Source of the DNA: an uncultured Bdellovibrionales bacterium | GTDB taxonomy: Bacteria; Bdellovibrionota; JAFGOL01 | Reading direction: 5' to 3' | NCBI GenBank assembly: GCA_964411885.1 | Contig: CAYPMK010000001.1 | Coordinates: 13,953 to 65,165, forward strand | DNA length: 51,213 nt | Shown: piece by piece, positions 19,027 to 28,475 of the stretch | Layout: every line of letters starts with the position of its first letter | How positions within the stretch are numbered: position 1 is the first letter of the stretch | Position numbers and translations under genes: made by a program | The notes under the pieces: generated by a model | The model's input: the letters and a program-made list of their open reading frames with translations, nothing else | What the model was told of the DNA's origin: nothing | Databases searched by the model: none

Positions 19027-19685
19027 TCTGTTCTCTCCTTTATAGGTTTATAGAGTAATAATTTAAGTACTTCTGCTGTTATATACACGATAAACAGCGA
19101 TGTTACAACATCAGATAAGAAATGGCCTCCCTGTATGATCCTTGATAAAGACATTACAGTCCCGTAGATAAGTCCTAGAGAGCCAAATATTAGCGCTTTT
19201 CTTTTCTTTAGTATATAAAAAGGGAACATCATAAAGAATCCATTGGCTGCGTGTCCGCTAGGAAAAGAATTTCCATCATTCTTGTTGCCAAATAATTCAA
19301 TATTTGGAGAGAAAGGTGTTCTGAATTCATATTTGCCGCCAAACTCTTTTGTCTCTACGGGGCGTGGTCTCCCCCAAGTTATTTTAGTAGTTTGTACTAT
19401 TATGCCGGGAGCTATAATGAACAATAATAAGACGAACAGGAACTTTTTTTTGTGTTTTTTAATTGAAGCTAGGTTTGATGGCAAGAAACTAATTATAAGT
19501 AATATTCCAGCTATAATTCCACATAAGTTTGGCAGGATATTTCCGTACTTGTACATCAATGGCCATATTTGATTATGTGGAACAGGCTCGTAAAGTATCT
19601 TTGACACCTTTATGTCCATTCCAAACAAAGATATTATTATTAAGACCAACAACAATGCTAGAAATATTAGAAAGACTTTTTTCAA
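19023..19685 (-). CDS. PAP2-family membrane (lipid) phosphatase
   Basis: 220 aa. The three PAP2 boxes are 'KITWGRPRP', 'PSGHA' and 'SRIIQGGHFLSD'. TTG start overlaps the manC stop. Confidence 0.85.
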   Translation of the reverse strand: MKKVFLIFLALLLVLIIISLFGMDIKVSKILYEPVPHNQIWPLMYKYGNILPNLCGIIAGILLIISFLPSNLASIKKHKKKFLFVLLLFIIAPGIIVQTTKITWGRPRPVETKEFGGKYEFRTPFSPNIELFGNKNDGNSFPSGHAANGFFMMFPFYILKKRKALIFGSLGLIYGTVMSLSRIIQGGHFLSDVVTSLFIVYITAEVLKLLLYKPIKERTE

Positions 19686-20761
19686 ATGTATCCCTCAAAA
19701 CCTTTTTGTTTTAGAAGCTCTACGATCTCTTTTATTTTTTGACCGCTGTCTTTGTTGGCTATTAATAGTGCATCGGGTGTATCAACAACTATTACATTAT
19801 TTACATCTAGCAATGCTATTATTTTTTTCTTATCTTGTTTTTTGATTATATTACCTTTTGATCTTATCTTTATTGCATCTTCATCGCTGATAATTTTTTC
19901 TAAACTGTTCCAAGCACCCAGATCATCCCATCCGATGTTAGCTGGTATTGTTATTGAGGATGGAAGTTTTTCTATTAAACCATGATCTATTGATATGGAT
20001 GGTAGTTTTGGGAATTCACGATTAAAGACTTCTGTTTCTTTTTTTGTTCCAAAGGCCTTTGATATTTTTTTTATGCCACTATGAAGTTTTGGCATATATT
20101 GCTTTACAGCATAATTAATATATCCAGCACGAACAATGAATATGCCTGCATTCCAAAGATGATCTTTGTTTTTTAAAAATTCTTTTGCCTTGTCTATACT
20201 AGGCTTTTCTTTAAATCCCTTGCTCTTATATGCCTTAACGCCGTCTATGGATTCTATGAGGCCCCCTTTCTTTATATAACCGTAACCAGTGTGAGGGGAG
20301 CTAGGCTCTATACCTATGGTAACTAATTGATCTTTTCTTTTACATACTTTTATTCCAGTTGATATTATCTTTCTGAAGTGTGCTGATTTCTTTATAAGAT
20401 GATCAGAAGGACAAACGACCAGTATATCGTTTTCGCTATGATAGTATGATATTCTTGCAGCCATATAGGCAATACAAGGGGCTGTATTCCTTCCTTTTGG
20501 CTCAAACACAAAATTGATACCTCGTATCCTCGAGAGTTCCTTTTTGATTATCTTCTTTGTAGAGATGTTGCTTACAACGTGAATATTCTTGTTGTTAAAT
20601 AATGGTTTTAATCTCTCTATTGTTAAGTTTAAAAGGGTTTTGTTAGATACTATTTTTAGGAATTGTTTGGGCCTTGAAGCTCTGCTCAAAGGCCAAAATC
20701 GAGTGCCACTGCCACCAGCCATTATTATACAGTGTGCAAGATTTTTTATAGAACCTTTCAC
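19682..20761 (-). CDS. manC: Mannose-1-phosphate guanylyltransferase (short form, no PMI domain)
   Basis: 359 aa. 'MAGGSGTRFWPLSRASRPKQFL' and 'GYGYI'. GTG start shares 1 nt with the SPOR gene stop. A heptose-1-P guanylyltransferase (HddC-like) role cannot be excluded. Confidence 0.8.
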   Translation of the reverse strand: MKGSIKNLAHCIIMAGGSGTRFWPLSRASRPKQFLKIVSNKTLLNLTIERLKPLFNNKNIHVVSNISTKKIIKKELSRIRGINFVFEPKGRNTAPCIAYMAARISYYHSENDILVVCPSDHLIKKSAHFRKIISTGIKVCKRKDQLVTIGIEPSSPHTGYGYIKKGGLIESIDGVKAYKSKGFKEKPSIDKAKEFLKNKDHLWNAGIFIVRAGYINYAVKQYMPKLHSGIKKISKAFGTKKETEVFNREFPKLPSISIDHGLIEKLPSSITIPANIGWDDLGAWNSLEKIISDEDAIKIRSKGNIIKKQDKKKIIALLDVNNVIVVDTPDALLIANKDSGQKIKEIVELLKQKGFEGYI

Positions 20762-21318
20762 TAGTCTACTCTTCTTATTAAGTAACTTGTTATCTTGCCT
20801 TGTTTTTTTAACATTTCTGCAAACATATCTGCGCTTGATTTTTTATCAAAGAAACCTATTCCTACTCTATACCATAAACCTTTACCGGGTATTTCTGCTT
20901 CCATATAATAGGCCATTTTATATCCGTCATCCAACAAGGATCTTGCTTCTCTTTGAGCCTCTTCTTCGTCTTGATACGAGCTTATTTGTATTGTGTATTT
21001 TCCTTTTATCTCAGAGGTTATTTCTTTTATTCCAAGTTCACTATAAGCTTTTTTTACTTTGTCCTCATCTTTAGCGTTGCTATTCTCTAATACTACGGTG
21101 GTTTCTTCTTGGGTTTTAGTTTCTGGGTCTACTTTAGCTTCAAGTTCTTCTATCATTTTTTGGTTGTTCTCAAGTATGGCCTGACAATCGTTTTGTAGTA
21201 TGTTTTTGCCTAGCCTTATACCAACAGCAAATATGAGTGAACCGCCAATCAGGAATAGTATGAATAAAAGGACAAGTTCACCTTTCTTTATTTTGTAATG
21301 AGATTGGTTCCCTTCCAT
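20761..21318 (-). CDS. SPOR-domain (peptidoglycan-binding) membrane-anchored protein
   Basis: 185 aa with an N-terminal TM. C-terminal SPOR 'YTIQISSYQDEEEAQREARSLLDDGY...WYRVGIGFFDKKSSADMFAEMLKKQG'. Confidence 0.75.
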   Translation of the reverse strand: MEGNQSHYKIKKGELVLLFILFLIGGSLIFAVGIRLGKNILQNDCQAILENNQKMIEELEAKVDPETKTQEETTVVLENSNAKDEDKVKKAYSELGIKEITSEIKGKYTIQISSYQDEEEAQREARSLLDDGYKMAYYMEAEIPGKGLWYRVGIGFFDKKSSADMFAEMLKKQGKITSYLIRRVD

Positions 21319-21429
21319 TTTCCACCTCTATTGGCTTTTTACTCTGAGTTGTCAAAAAATGCTAGTAGTTTGATGTCTTTGTGGGGTATATAATATCTTT
21401 TGTTGGCCTAATATAAAAAGGAGATTTTT

Positions 21430-22395
21430 ATGATAGTTGTAACAGGAGCTGCAGGATTTATTGGTAGTGTTATAGCTCAAGACCTTTTCAGAAATGGCGC
21501 CAAAGATTTGATACTTGTAGACAAGTTCACAAAACAGGACAAATGGAAAAATATAGCTGGTATTAATTTTAAGGAATTTGTTGATAGAGATCTTTTTTTA
21601 GACAAGTTAGAAAAAGGTGATCTTGGTATTCCAGACGCTGTGATACACATGGGGGCCTGTGCTAATACTACTGAATTCAATATGGACTACCTTATGTCCC
21701 AAAACTATGAATACAGCAAAAGATTGTGTTTATGGTGTATTAATAAAAAAGTTAGATTTATATATGCTTCTTCAGCCTCTATATATGGTGACGGATCAAA
21801 GGGGTTTGATGATTCAAGTGATCTTACTTTAGCGATGCATCCTCTTAATCCTTATGGTTTTTCAAAATTAGTTTTTGATCGATGGGTAATCAATAATGGT
21901 CTTACTGGTTTTGTTGCTGGTATGAGGTTTTTTAATGTCTTTGGGCCCAATGAGTATCACAAGGGTGCTATGAGTAGCATAATATACAGATCTTTCCCTA
22001 TGGCAAAAAAAGAGGGTGTTGTACGATTATTCAAGTCTTATAAAAAGGATTTTCCAGACGGTGGACAAAGAAGGGATTTTATTTATATTAAAGATATTCT
22101 GTCTGTAACTAATTTCCTCTTGCACAATAATGTTTGCGGAATATTCAATGTTGGTACTGGGCACGCCAGATCTTTTAATGATCTTGCAGATTCGTTGTTG
22201 TCATCCCTGGGGTGTAAGAAGGTTTTAAAAGAATATTTTGATATGCCAGAGGATATAAGAAATAAATACCAGTATTTTACAGAGGCCAACATGAATTCTC
22301 TTAGAAATGCTGGATATAAAAAAGAGTTTATGTCGTTAGAAGATTCAATTAACGATTATGTGCAGGGTTATTTGCTCTCGAACAGGAATTATTAA
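21430..22395 (+). CDS. hldD: ADP-L-glycero-D-manno-heptose 6-epimerase
   Basis: 321 aa. 'MIVVTGAAGFIGS', 'HMGACANTTE', 'YASSASIYG', 'NPYGFSK', 'RFFNVFGPNEYHKG', 'QRRDFIYIKD' and 'KYQYFTEANMNSLRNAGY' are co-linear with E. coli HldD. Confidence 0.88.
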   Translation: MIVVTGAAGFIGSVIAQDLFRNGAKDLILVDKFTKQDKWKNIAGINFKEFVDRDLFLDKLEKGDLGIPDAVIHMGACANTTEFNMDYLMSQNYEYSKRLCLWCINKKVRFIYASSASIYGDGSKGFDDSSDLTLAMHPLNPYGFSKLVFDRWVINNGLTGFVAGMRFFNVFGPNEYHKGAMSSIIYRSFPMAKKEGVVRLFKSYKKDFPDGGQRRDFIYIKDILSVTNFLLHNNVCGIFNVGTGHARSFNDLADSLLSSLGCKKVLKEYFDMPEDIRNKYQYFTEANMNSLRNAGYKKEFMSLEDSINDYVQGYLLSNRNY

Positions 22396-23005
22396 TTAGT
22401 TCATACATCATTACAAATGATTTTGGAGAGTTATTAAGAATAGAAGAATGTAGTTGTTCCATTCTATAGAGCTGTTCTTTTGCATTATTTATTTTTATCA
22501 TGCTTGAAGTAAATCCAGTTTCGTTAAAAAGGACCATGCAGAGTTCGTATGCTATATTAATCAGCTGATTCATGTCGTTGTTTTGTATTTCTTCTATTTC
22601 TTTAATATGTTGTTCTATTGTTTCGAAAAAACTTTTTCCACTTTTTCCACAGGGCTCTAATTGGTTTAAAAGCATAGAGGCTAATTCTAGGATATAACAA
22701 GAAGTGATGAATTTGTTTACGTTGTTTATTATGTTTGGGAAGGTCCTCTTTATTTCTTTGATAGAAGAGATAGTAAAGATCATTTCACCGTTGCTCTCTT
22801 TGGTTTGGAATTCAGCTTCTATTATCTTGAAATATTCTAAGCCACCTTTAAATCTTTTCGATAATCTTCTTCCACCGAAGGCAAAACTTTTTATTAATCC
22901 ACGATTATTAGTTATGGCGGTTACGAGTATATGGCCGTCACCGAAGTCTTTCTTGGTAAGTATTATCGTTGGTTCTATGAATGTTCCGTTCAAAATATTT
23001 TCCAT
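22349..23005 (-). CDS. recO: DNA repair protein RecO (no zinc finger)
   Basis: 218 aa. N-terminal OB pattern 'TIILTKKDFGDGHILVTAITNNRGLIKSFAFGGRRLSKRFKGGLEYF' followed by a helical domain. Its 3' end overlaps hldD by 47 nt (convergent). Confidence 0.6.
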   Translation of the reverse strand: MENILNGTFIEPTIILTKKDFGDGHILVTAITNNRGLIKSFAFGGRRLSKRFKGGLEYFKIIEAEFQTKESNGEMIFTISSIKEIKRTFPNIINNVNKFITSCYILELASMLLNQLEPCGKSGKSFFETIEQHIKEIEEIQNNDMNQLINIAYELCMVLFNETGFTSSMIKINNAKEQLYRMEQLHSSILNNSPKSFVMMYELINNSCSRANNPAHNR

Positions 23006-24348
23006 GTGTCTGGTATTATATTTATAGAGAGTAGATATCTAGAGATTAGTATATAAGAAGTGAGACATATTAAAGTTGTTATTGGTATTATGATTTGTGC
23101 TGATACCGGTAGATATGATGAACTTTTTCTTCTTAATATGAAAGGAAATATCCCTCCTAATATTGATGCAAGAATCATGTTCAAAAATAATATTATGGAC
23201 AGAATAAGATGTGTCTTTTCTGTTCCAGGTATGTAAAAGGAAAGGCCAGAAAATAATAATGAACAAAATGCTAGTCCAAATAATATAGATATTTTTGACT
23301 CTAATTTTATGATGCCAAAGATATCGCTTAGATCTATTAACCCAATATCAAAATCTCTTGAAGTAGAGCTTGAGGACTGAAAAGATATTAAAGATGGGAA
23401 TATGACTAATATAGGGGTAAAGGACAATAGTTCTAATAAAGGCTGATCGATGAAATATAGTTCGTTGTAAATTAAATAAGAAGATAATAGTAAAAGTAGA
23501 AAAGACACGCATAACATCGGTACTCTTGACCATGTTGTGCTTTTTATTGGTAAAGAACCTGATATTTCTAAAAGATCTTTACTTACTTCTTGTTCAACTA
23601 TTTTTGATATATTATCAGCAGTTATAATTCCCATCATTTTGCCATCTTTATCGATAACAGGGGCCTCAAAAAGACTGTATCTGTTGAAGATAGATATAAC
23701 TTTGCTTTGATGTACATTTAGTGGGATGGTTGTAATGTGCTCGTCCATTAGCTTGCTTATAGGTGTATCTGATGGAAAAGAAAAAATACTAGATATTGGT
23801 ACACTAGCATATACTTCATCTTTGTTGTTCTTTATATATATGTTAAGGAAAGAACCATTGTTGCCTTTGTTCTTTAGTTCTTTTATTGCACTACCAACAG
23901 TACTTTCCTTATCTATTATTAAATATTTTGTGCTCATTATCCCACCAGAGCTGTTGTGAGGATATTTTAAAAGTTCGTTAAGCGTTGAAGAAGTGTCTTT
24001 GTTTATTAATTTAAGAACTGCTTGTGCGTCCTTTGATGAAAGATATCCTATTATGTCTGCGCTATCATCAGGGCTTATGAATGAAAAGATCTCGGCAAGC
24101 CTTTCCTTTTTTATCACATGGAGTGCTTTTGACGCAGTACGTCTATCATCCATTTTTGATAGTATCTTTGCAATAGTCTTGTTATCGCTAATATGATCAA
24201 AAAGTCGTTTTATGTTTTCTTGATCTAATGATGCAAGACTGTTTGCCATGTCCGCTGGATGGACCCTTTCTGCAAGGGTCTTAATGTTCCTTGCGTGCCC
24301 TGTTTTGAGCAATTTTATTATCGTTTTTCTTAATATTGGTGTTTTCAC
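22990..24348 (-). CDS. MgtE-like transporter with a divergent membrane domain
   Basis: 452 aa with an MgtE N-domain, a CBS pair ('EAPVIDKDGKMMGIITADNI') and 5 TM segments. The pore motifs present in the second copy are absent here. Confidence 0.7.
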   Translation of the reverse strand: MKTPILRKTIIKLLKTGHARNIKTLAERVHPADMANSLASLDQENIKRLFDHISDNKTIAKILSKMDDRRTASKALHVIKKERLAEIFSFISPDDSADIIGYLSSKDAQAVLKLINKDTSSTLNELLKYPHNSSGGIMSTKYLIIDKESTVGSAIKELKNKGNNGSFLNIYIKNNKDEVYASVPISSIFSFPSDTPISKLMDEHITTIPLNVHQSKVISIFNRYSLFEAPVIDKDGKMMGIITADNISKIVEQEVSKDLLEISGSLPIKSTTWSRVPMLCVSFLLLLLSSYLIYNELYFIDQPLLELLSFTPILVIFPSLISFQSSSSTSRDFDIGLIDLSDIFGIIKLESKISILFGLAFCSLLFSGLSFYIPGTEKTHLILSIILFLNMILASILGGIFPFILRRKSSSYLPVSAQIIIPITTLICLTSYILISRYLLSINIIPDTWKIF

Positions 24349-24397
24349 AAGTTAACTAATTAACATAAGTATCTGTAATTGTAAACAAGACGCTGTC

Positions 24398-24424
24398 TTG
24401 ACTAGAGGGGCTTTGTGTCATAAT
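24398..24424 (+). promoter_or_regulatory. Candidate sigma-70 promoter for the KAS III-like gene
   Basis: TTGACT (24398-24403), then a 15-17 nt spacer, then TGTGTCATAATAG, which contains extended -10-like CATAAT/TAATAG. Confidence 0.3.
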
Positions 24425-24449
24425 AGATACTTCCTAGGGAGTCTTTAAC

Positions 24450-25463
24450 ATGAAAAAAATAGGTATCAGTGCAATTGAGTATTATCTTCCAGAGAAGGTG
24501 ATAGACAATGATTTTTTTGAACATGCAAAGAATGATTTTCTTGAAGAGAAGGTGGGTATTAAGGAAAGGCATATTGCAACAGAAGATCAGTCAACGAGTG
24601 ATCTTGCTGTTAAAGCAGTTAATCAATTGATAGAAAAGAACAACATAAACAGAAATGAAATTGAATTTATGGTCCTTTGTACTTTAAGCCCAGATTACAT
24701 ATTGCCACAAACATCAGCTCAGGTGCAAACCCTTTGTGAGTTACCAAATTCGATCTATACAGTTGATGTAAGAATGGGATGTACTGGCTTTGTACATTCT
24801 TTGTCTATTGCTCAAAGTCTTATAGCCGGTATGGGTTTTAAAAAAGGTTTAGTTGTTACTGCAGATAAATTCTCTATATATCTTAGCTACAGAGATTACA
24901 CTGTTGATACTTTGTTCAGCGATTCTGCTGCGGCTGTTCTTGTGGAAGAAGATCCAAAACTTTTTGAAATAGTAGCCCATGATTTTGGAACAGATGGTAC
25001 TGGTGTTGAACACATAATAATTCCTGCTGGTGGCTCAAAATTAAGAATAAGTGAAGAAACATCTAAATTTGAATCTATAAAACCGGGCATAGAACGTTCA
25101 AAAAATTATCTATATATGAATGGAAGGCAGGTAATGAAATTTGCTAATAATACTGTTCCTCCTTCTGCAGAGAGAGTATTCAAAAAATCTGGTACCACAC
25201 TTGGCGATATAGATTGGTTAGTTCTTCATCAGGCAAATAAACTAATGTTAGAGAATATTGGTGAGCTATTAGGTATAGATAAAGAAAAAAATTACATAAA
25301 TATGTGGAACAAAGGCAACACTATAGCCTCCTCAATACCTATAGCAATTAAAGAGATCTTAGATAGCAAGAAAAGACTTAACAACGGACGTCATTGGATG
25401 GTCGTAGGGTTTGGACTTGGTTTTGCTTGGGGAACTACTCTTTTAAAGTACGTTGGTAAGTAA
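24450..25463 (+). CDS. 3-oxoacyl-ACP synthase III (KAS III / FabH-like)
   Basis: 337 aa. Cys-His-Asn triad context: 'RMGCTGFVHSL', 'LVLHQANKLM', 'WNKGNTIASSIP'. Confidence 0.8.
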   Translation: MKKIGISAIEYYLPEKVIDNDFFEHAKNDFLEEKVGIKERHIATEDQSTSDLAVKAVNQLIEKNNINRNEIEFMVLCTLSPDYILPQTSAQVQTLCELPNSIYTVDVRMGCTGFVHSLSIAQSLIAGMGFKKGLVVTADKFSIYLSYRDYTVDTLFSDSAAAVLVEEDPKLFEIVAHDFGTDGTGVEHIIIPAGGSKLRISEETSKFESIKPGIERSKNYLYMNGRQVMKFANNTVPPSAERVFKKSGTTLGDIDWLVLHQANKLMLENIGELLGIDKEKNYINMWNKGNTIASSIPIAIKEILDSKKRLNNGRHWMVVGFGLGFAWGTTLLKYVGK

Positions 25464-26397
25464 TATAAAAGTATACTCCAAACATATATATTAATAGACA
25501 GAGGACCTGCCATATTGTTGCAGCGTCTGCACCTATTGTAGTTGTTACTCCTGTAGACCATTCAAATAGTTTTAAAAATGCAGCTTGCCCAACACCTATT
25601 CCAGCAGGAGTGATAGGTATTGCAGACGTTAACATGCCTGTAGGCACTATGAATAAATAAGATTTTATATCTAAAACATCAAAACCAAGAGCTTTAGTTA
25701 TTATAAAAAAAGCGCTTATATTAAGTGCATGGTTGAATATAGAAATTAAAAGAGAGTATAATAGCGTGCTTACTTTTCCTCTATAGATATGGAATGCTTC
25801 ATAAAGATTTCTTGATAGACTCGAGAACGGCAGGTGATCAATTATATAATTGAATATTTTTGTTTGTCCTATTCTTCTGGATAATCCTATTATTGCAAAT
25901 ATTAACAAGGAGATTAAAGACAACCCCATCACAACTGCAAGTGTTTTTAATGCGCTGTGTTTATTTACAATGTCGATATTTATTATGAAACCTACACAAC
26001 ATATTATCATCAATCCCATTAATCCAATTACCCTATCTAGTATAACGGTCATCACGGCTGGGGTTTTTTTATCGCTGGCCTTTTTCATTATGTATGAACT
26101 CTTGATTATATCTCCACTCACAACACCCGGTAATATGGAAGAAAAAAATATTCCAATATAGAAGATTGAGAATAGTTCTTTGTCATTACAATGGATGCCT
26201 TGACCAAACAACAATAATTTCCATCTATAATATGTAGTCATTATTGCCGTTATAATTATTAGAGCTACTAGAATCAACAGGTAGTACTTATCTTTTATAC
26301 TCGATATGGTATTAAGGTTAAGCTTATCAGAATGTATCATGTAAGCTATTAACGATATTCCAAGCGCAGCCTTTAATATATAAGATAAAGTTTTCAT
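25435..26397 (-). CDS. Polytopic membrane protein, UPF0104 / lysyl-PG-synthase TM (flippase-like) domain
   Basis: 320 aa, about 8 TM. The overall pattern, including 'SSILPGVVSGDIIKS', resembles the flippase-like domain family. Its 3' end overlaps the KAS III gene by 29 nt. Confidence 0.55.
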   Translation of the reverse strand: MKTLSYILKAALGISLIAYMIHSDKLNLNTISSIKDKYYLLILVALIIITAIMTTYYRWKLLLFGQGIHCNDKELFSIFYIGIFFSSILPGVVSGDIIKSSYIMKKASDKKTPAVMTVILDRVIGLMGLMIICCVGFIINIDIVNKHSALKTLAVVMGLSLISLLIFAIIGLSRRIGQTKIFNYIIDHLPFSSLSRNLYEAFHIYRGKVSTLLYSLLISIFNHALNISAFFIITKALGFDVLDIKSYLFIVPTGMLTSAIPITPAGIGVGQAAFLKLFEWSTGVTTTIGADAATIWQVLCLLIYMFGVYFYITYQRTLKE

Positions 26398-26430
26398 TGC
26401 TAAGCCTGTTTTATCACAATAAGCTCTAAC

Positions 26431-27306
26431 TTGGCTATGAGAGCTTTTATTTATCTTATTACAATATATCTTATTTGGGGAAGCACATATCTTGCAATGA
26501 GGATAGGTGTAATGGAGGGGAGTGGTTTTCCTCCGTTTGCTCTTGCAGGAAGCAGAATGTTACTTGCTGGACCAGTACTTTTGTTAATATCGTATTTTAA
26601 GGGTAATAGCATAAAACTGGATGCTAGTAATTTTAAAAGGGCCTTTATATCTGGTTGTCTTTTGTGGTGTTCTGGCCACGGGTTGATTCTTTGGGGAGAA
26701 CAATATGTTGATTCTGGATATACAGCTTTAATAATATCTTCACTTCCTGTTTGGGTCTTGGTGATGGAATCTTTTTGGAACAAAAAACTACCGGGATTGA
26801 TACAGACATCATTAGTTTTTTTTGGTCTTATTGGTGTTTTATTATTGGTATATCCTAAACTATATGGAGATCAAAAAACAGATCTAGTTAGTACTATTGC
26901 TATATTAATAGGGACGGTAAGTTGGGGTGCAGGATCTTTATATCAAAAAAGATATCCATTATCTGGGTCTTCTCTTACTAGCTCTGGTTATCAACAACTC
27001 TTTGCTGGTATCGTTCTTTTACTTATTTCGTTCTTGTCTTCTGAACCTATTCCAAGACCTGTTAGTTCTGCTATTTTAGCTTGGTTATATCTTGTAGTCT
27101 TTGGATCTATAATAGCTTTCACAGTATATGTTAAAGCTTTAAAAGAACTCCCTGCCGGAGTAGTGATGACTCACGCTTATGTTAATCCTATCGTTGCTGT
27201 AACTCTTGGTTACTTAATATTATCAGAGCCTGTTATGCCGATGATGTTGTTGGGTGGCTCTGTTATTTTAGCTTCGGTTTTTGCAATAATAGTAAGGAAA
27301 AAATAA
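26431..27306 (+). CDS. EamA/DMT-family transporter
   Basis: 291 aa, 10 TM, with two EamA repeats ('IWGSTYLAMR', 'GSIIAFTVY'). TTG at 26431 or ATG at 26437. Confidence 0.8.
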   Translation: MAMRAFIYLITIYLIWGSTYLAMRIGVMEGSGFPPFALAGSRMLLAGPVLLLISYFKGNSIKLDASNFKRAFISGCLLWCSGHGLILWGEQYVDSGYTALIISSLPVWVLVMESFWNKKLPGLIQTSLVFFGLIGVLLLVYPKLYGDQKTDLVSTIAILIGTVSWGAGSLYQKRYPLSGSSLTSSGYQQLFAGIVLLLISFLSSEPIPRPVSSAILAWLYLVVFGSIIAFTVYVKALKELPAGVVMTHAYVNPIVAVTLGYLILSEPVMPMMLLGGSVILASVFAIIVRKK

Positions 27307-27309
27307 AAG

Positions 27310-28473
27310 ATGTTACTGCTTTGGTCTTTATATTTATTATTCCATTCTATATCCGCTGATTTCACAGATCCATATGATCTTTCTGGAGCTGATATAGATA
27401 CTTCTTATGACGAGCAAGATCTAAGAGATGAGGACCTAGAAATATATAACCAATATCAGCCTCCAAGAGCTGGCGCCTTTAAAAATACAGGGTATGTCAT
27501 TTTTCCATTCTATAATAAAGTCGATGGTGATAGTTCTGCATTAGGTGTTGATGCTATGTACTATTTTAGGCGCAGTAAAGAACCAGCACTAAGTAAGCCT
27601 TCTTATTTAAGAGGTCTTATCTCTGCAGGCAACAATAGTTATGTTAATGCTAGTGTGGTCTTTAATAACTATTGGTACAATGAATATAATAATCTTTATT
27701 CCTCCTTAGATTTTGAAAGAAGGTTGGTCCATTATTATAAACCTTTTCAACAAGACCCTTTGCTTTTAGGAGAATATAGATCTTCTGATTCTGTTCTGAA
27801 CGTTCTGTATCGTCAACGATTCTCTTCACTATCATATATGGGTATAAAGATGGAATTTAGGAACTATAGTATGAATTCAAAGTTTCCTCCTTCTTCTTTT
27901 ATTTCTAACGACATCTACGGAATTGATGGTGGACATGTTCTTGGTCTTGGTTTTTTGTGGAGTAGCATGGAACCGGGAAGTATTTTTTCTATTAAGAGAG
28001 GTTTTGACTTCGATCTACTAAGCATGATCTATTCGAAATACATGGGTAGCGAATATAGTTTTGGAGTTAATTCAGTTGATCTTAGAGAGAAAATATTTAT
28101 AACTCATTCCCATATTATATCTTTACGGTTCTATGGAAGATTCATTATGGGAGAAGCTCCATACTTTATGTTGTCTAGTGTTGGAGACGTGTTTAGGGCA
28201 TATTCAAGGGATTTATATGTAGATAGACATCTTATGAGCTTTAGTGGTGAGTACAAAATGTTTTTATTGGACTTCATAATGCTTAGAGGAATTCTTGGGA
28301 TAGCATATCACTCAAGATCATTTTCTAAATTTAAGTTAAACGACTATTTGCCTTGTTATGGCGGTGGTATAAGTTTTGTACTTAATAAAGAACTGGGTAT
28401 AAATGCAGGATTTGAATATCTTGCTGGTAGAAATACTAAAGCAATACTTTTTGGAATAGGGGAGGCCTACTAA
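27310..28473 (+). CDS. Predicted outer-membrane beta-barrel, Omp85/surface-antigen-like, without POTRA domains
   Basis: 387 aa with a signal peptide. Y/F/N/S/G-rich alternating pattern and a C-terminal aromatic residue ('...FGIGEAY'). The family call is tentative. Confidence 0.45.
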   Translation: MLLLWSLYLLFHSISADFTDPYDLSGADIDTSYDEQDLRDEDLEIYNQYQPPRAGAFKNTGYVIFPFYNKVDGDSSALGVDAMYYFRRSKEPALSKPSYLRGLISAGNNSYVNASVVFNNYWYNEYNNLYSSLDFERRLVHYYKPFQQDPLLLGEYRSSDSVLNVLYRQRFSSLSYMGIKMEFRNYSMNSKFPPSSFISNDIYGIDGGHVLGLGFLWSSMEPGSIFSIKRGFDFDLLSMIYSKYMGSEYSFGVNSVDLREKIFITHSHIISLRFYGRFIMGEAPYFMLSSVGDVFRAYSRDLYVDRHLMSFSGEYKMFLLDFIMLRGILGIAYHSRSFSKFKLNDYLPCYGGGISFVLNKELGINAGFEYLAGRNTKAILFGIGEAY

Positions 28474-28475
28474 AA

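Noticed and set aside
24349-24449. An M-box (Mg2+) riboswitch upstream of either mgtE copy.
   Set aside because: The leaders are about 100 nt (shared with a divergent promoter) and 33 nt respectively. Both are too short for an M-box of roughly 160 nt, and no matching conserved segments were seen.
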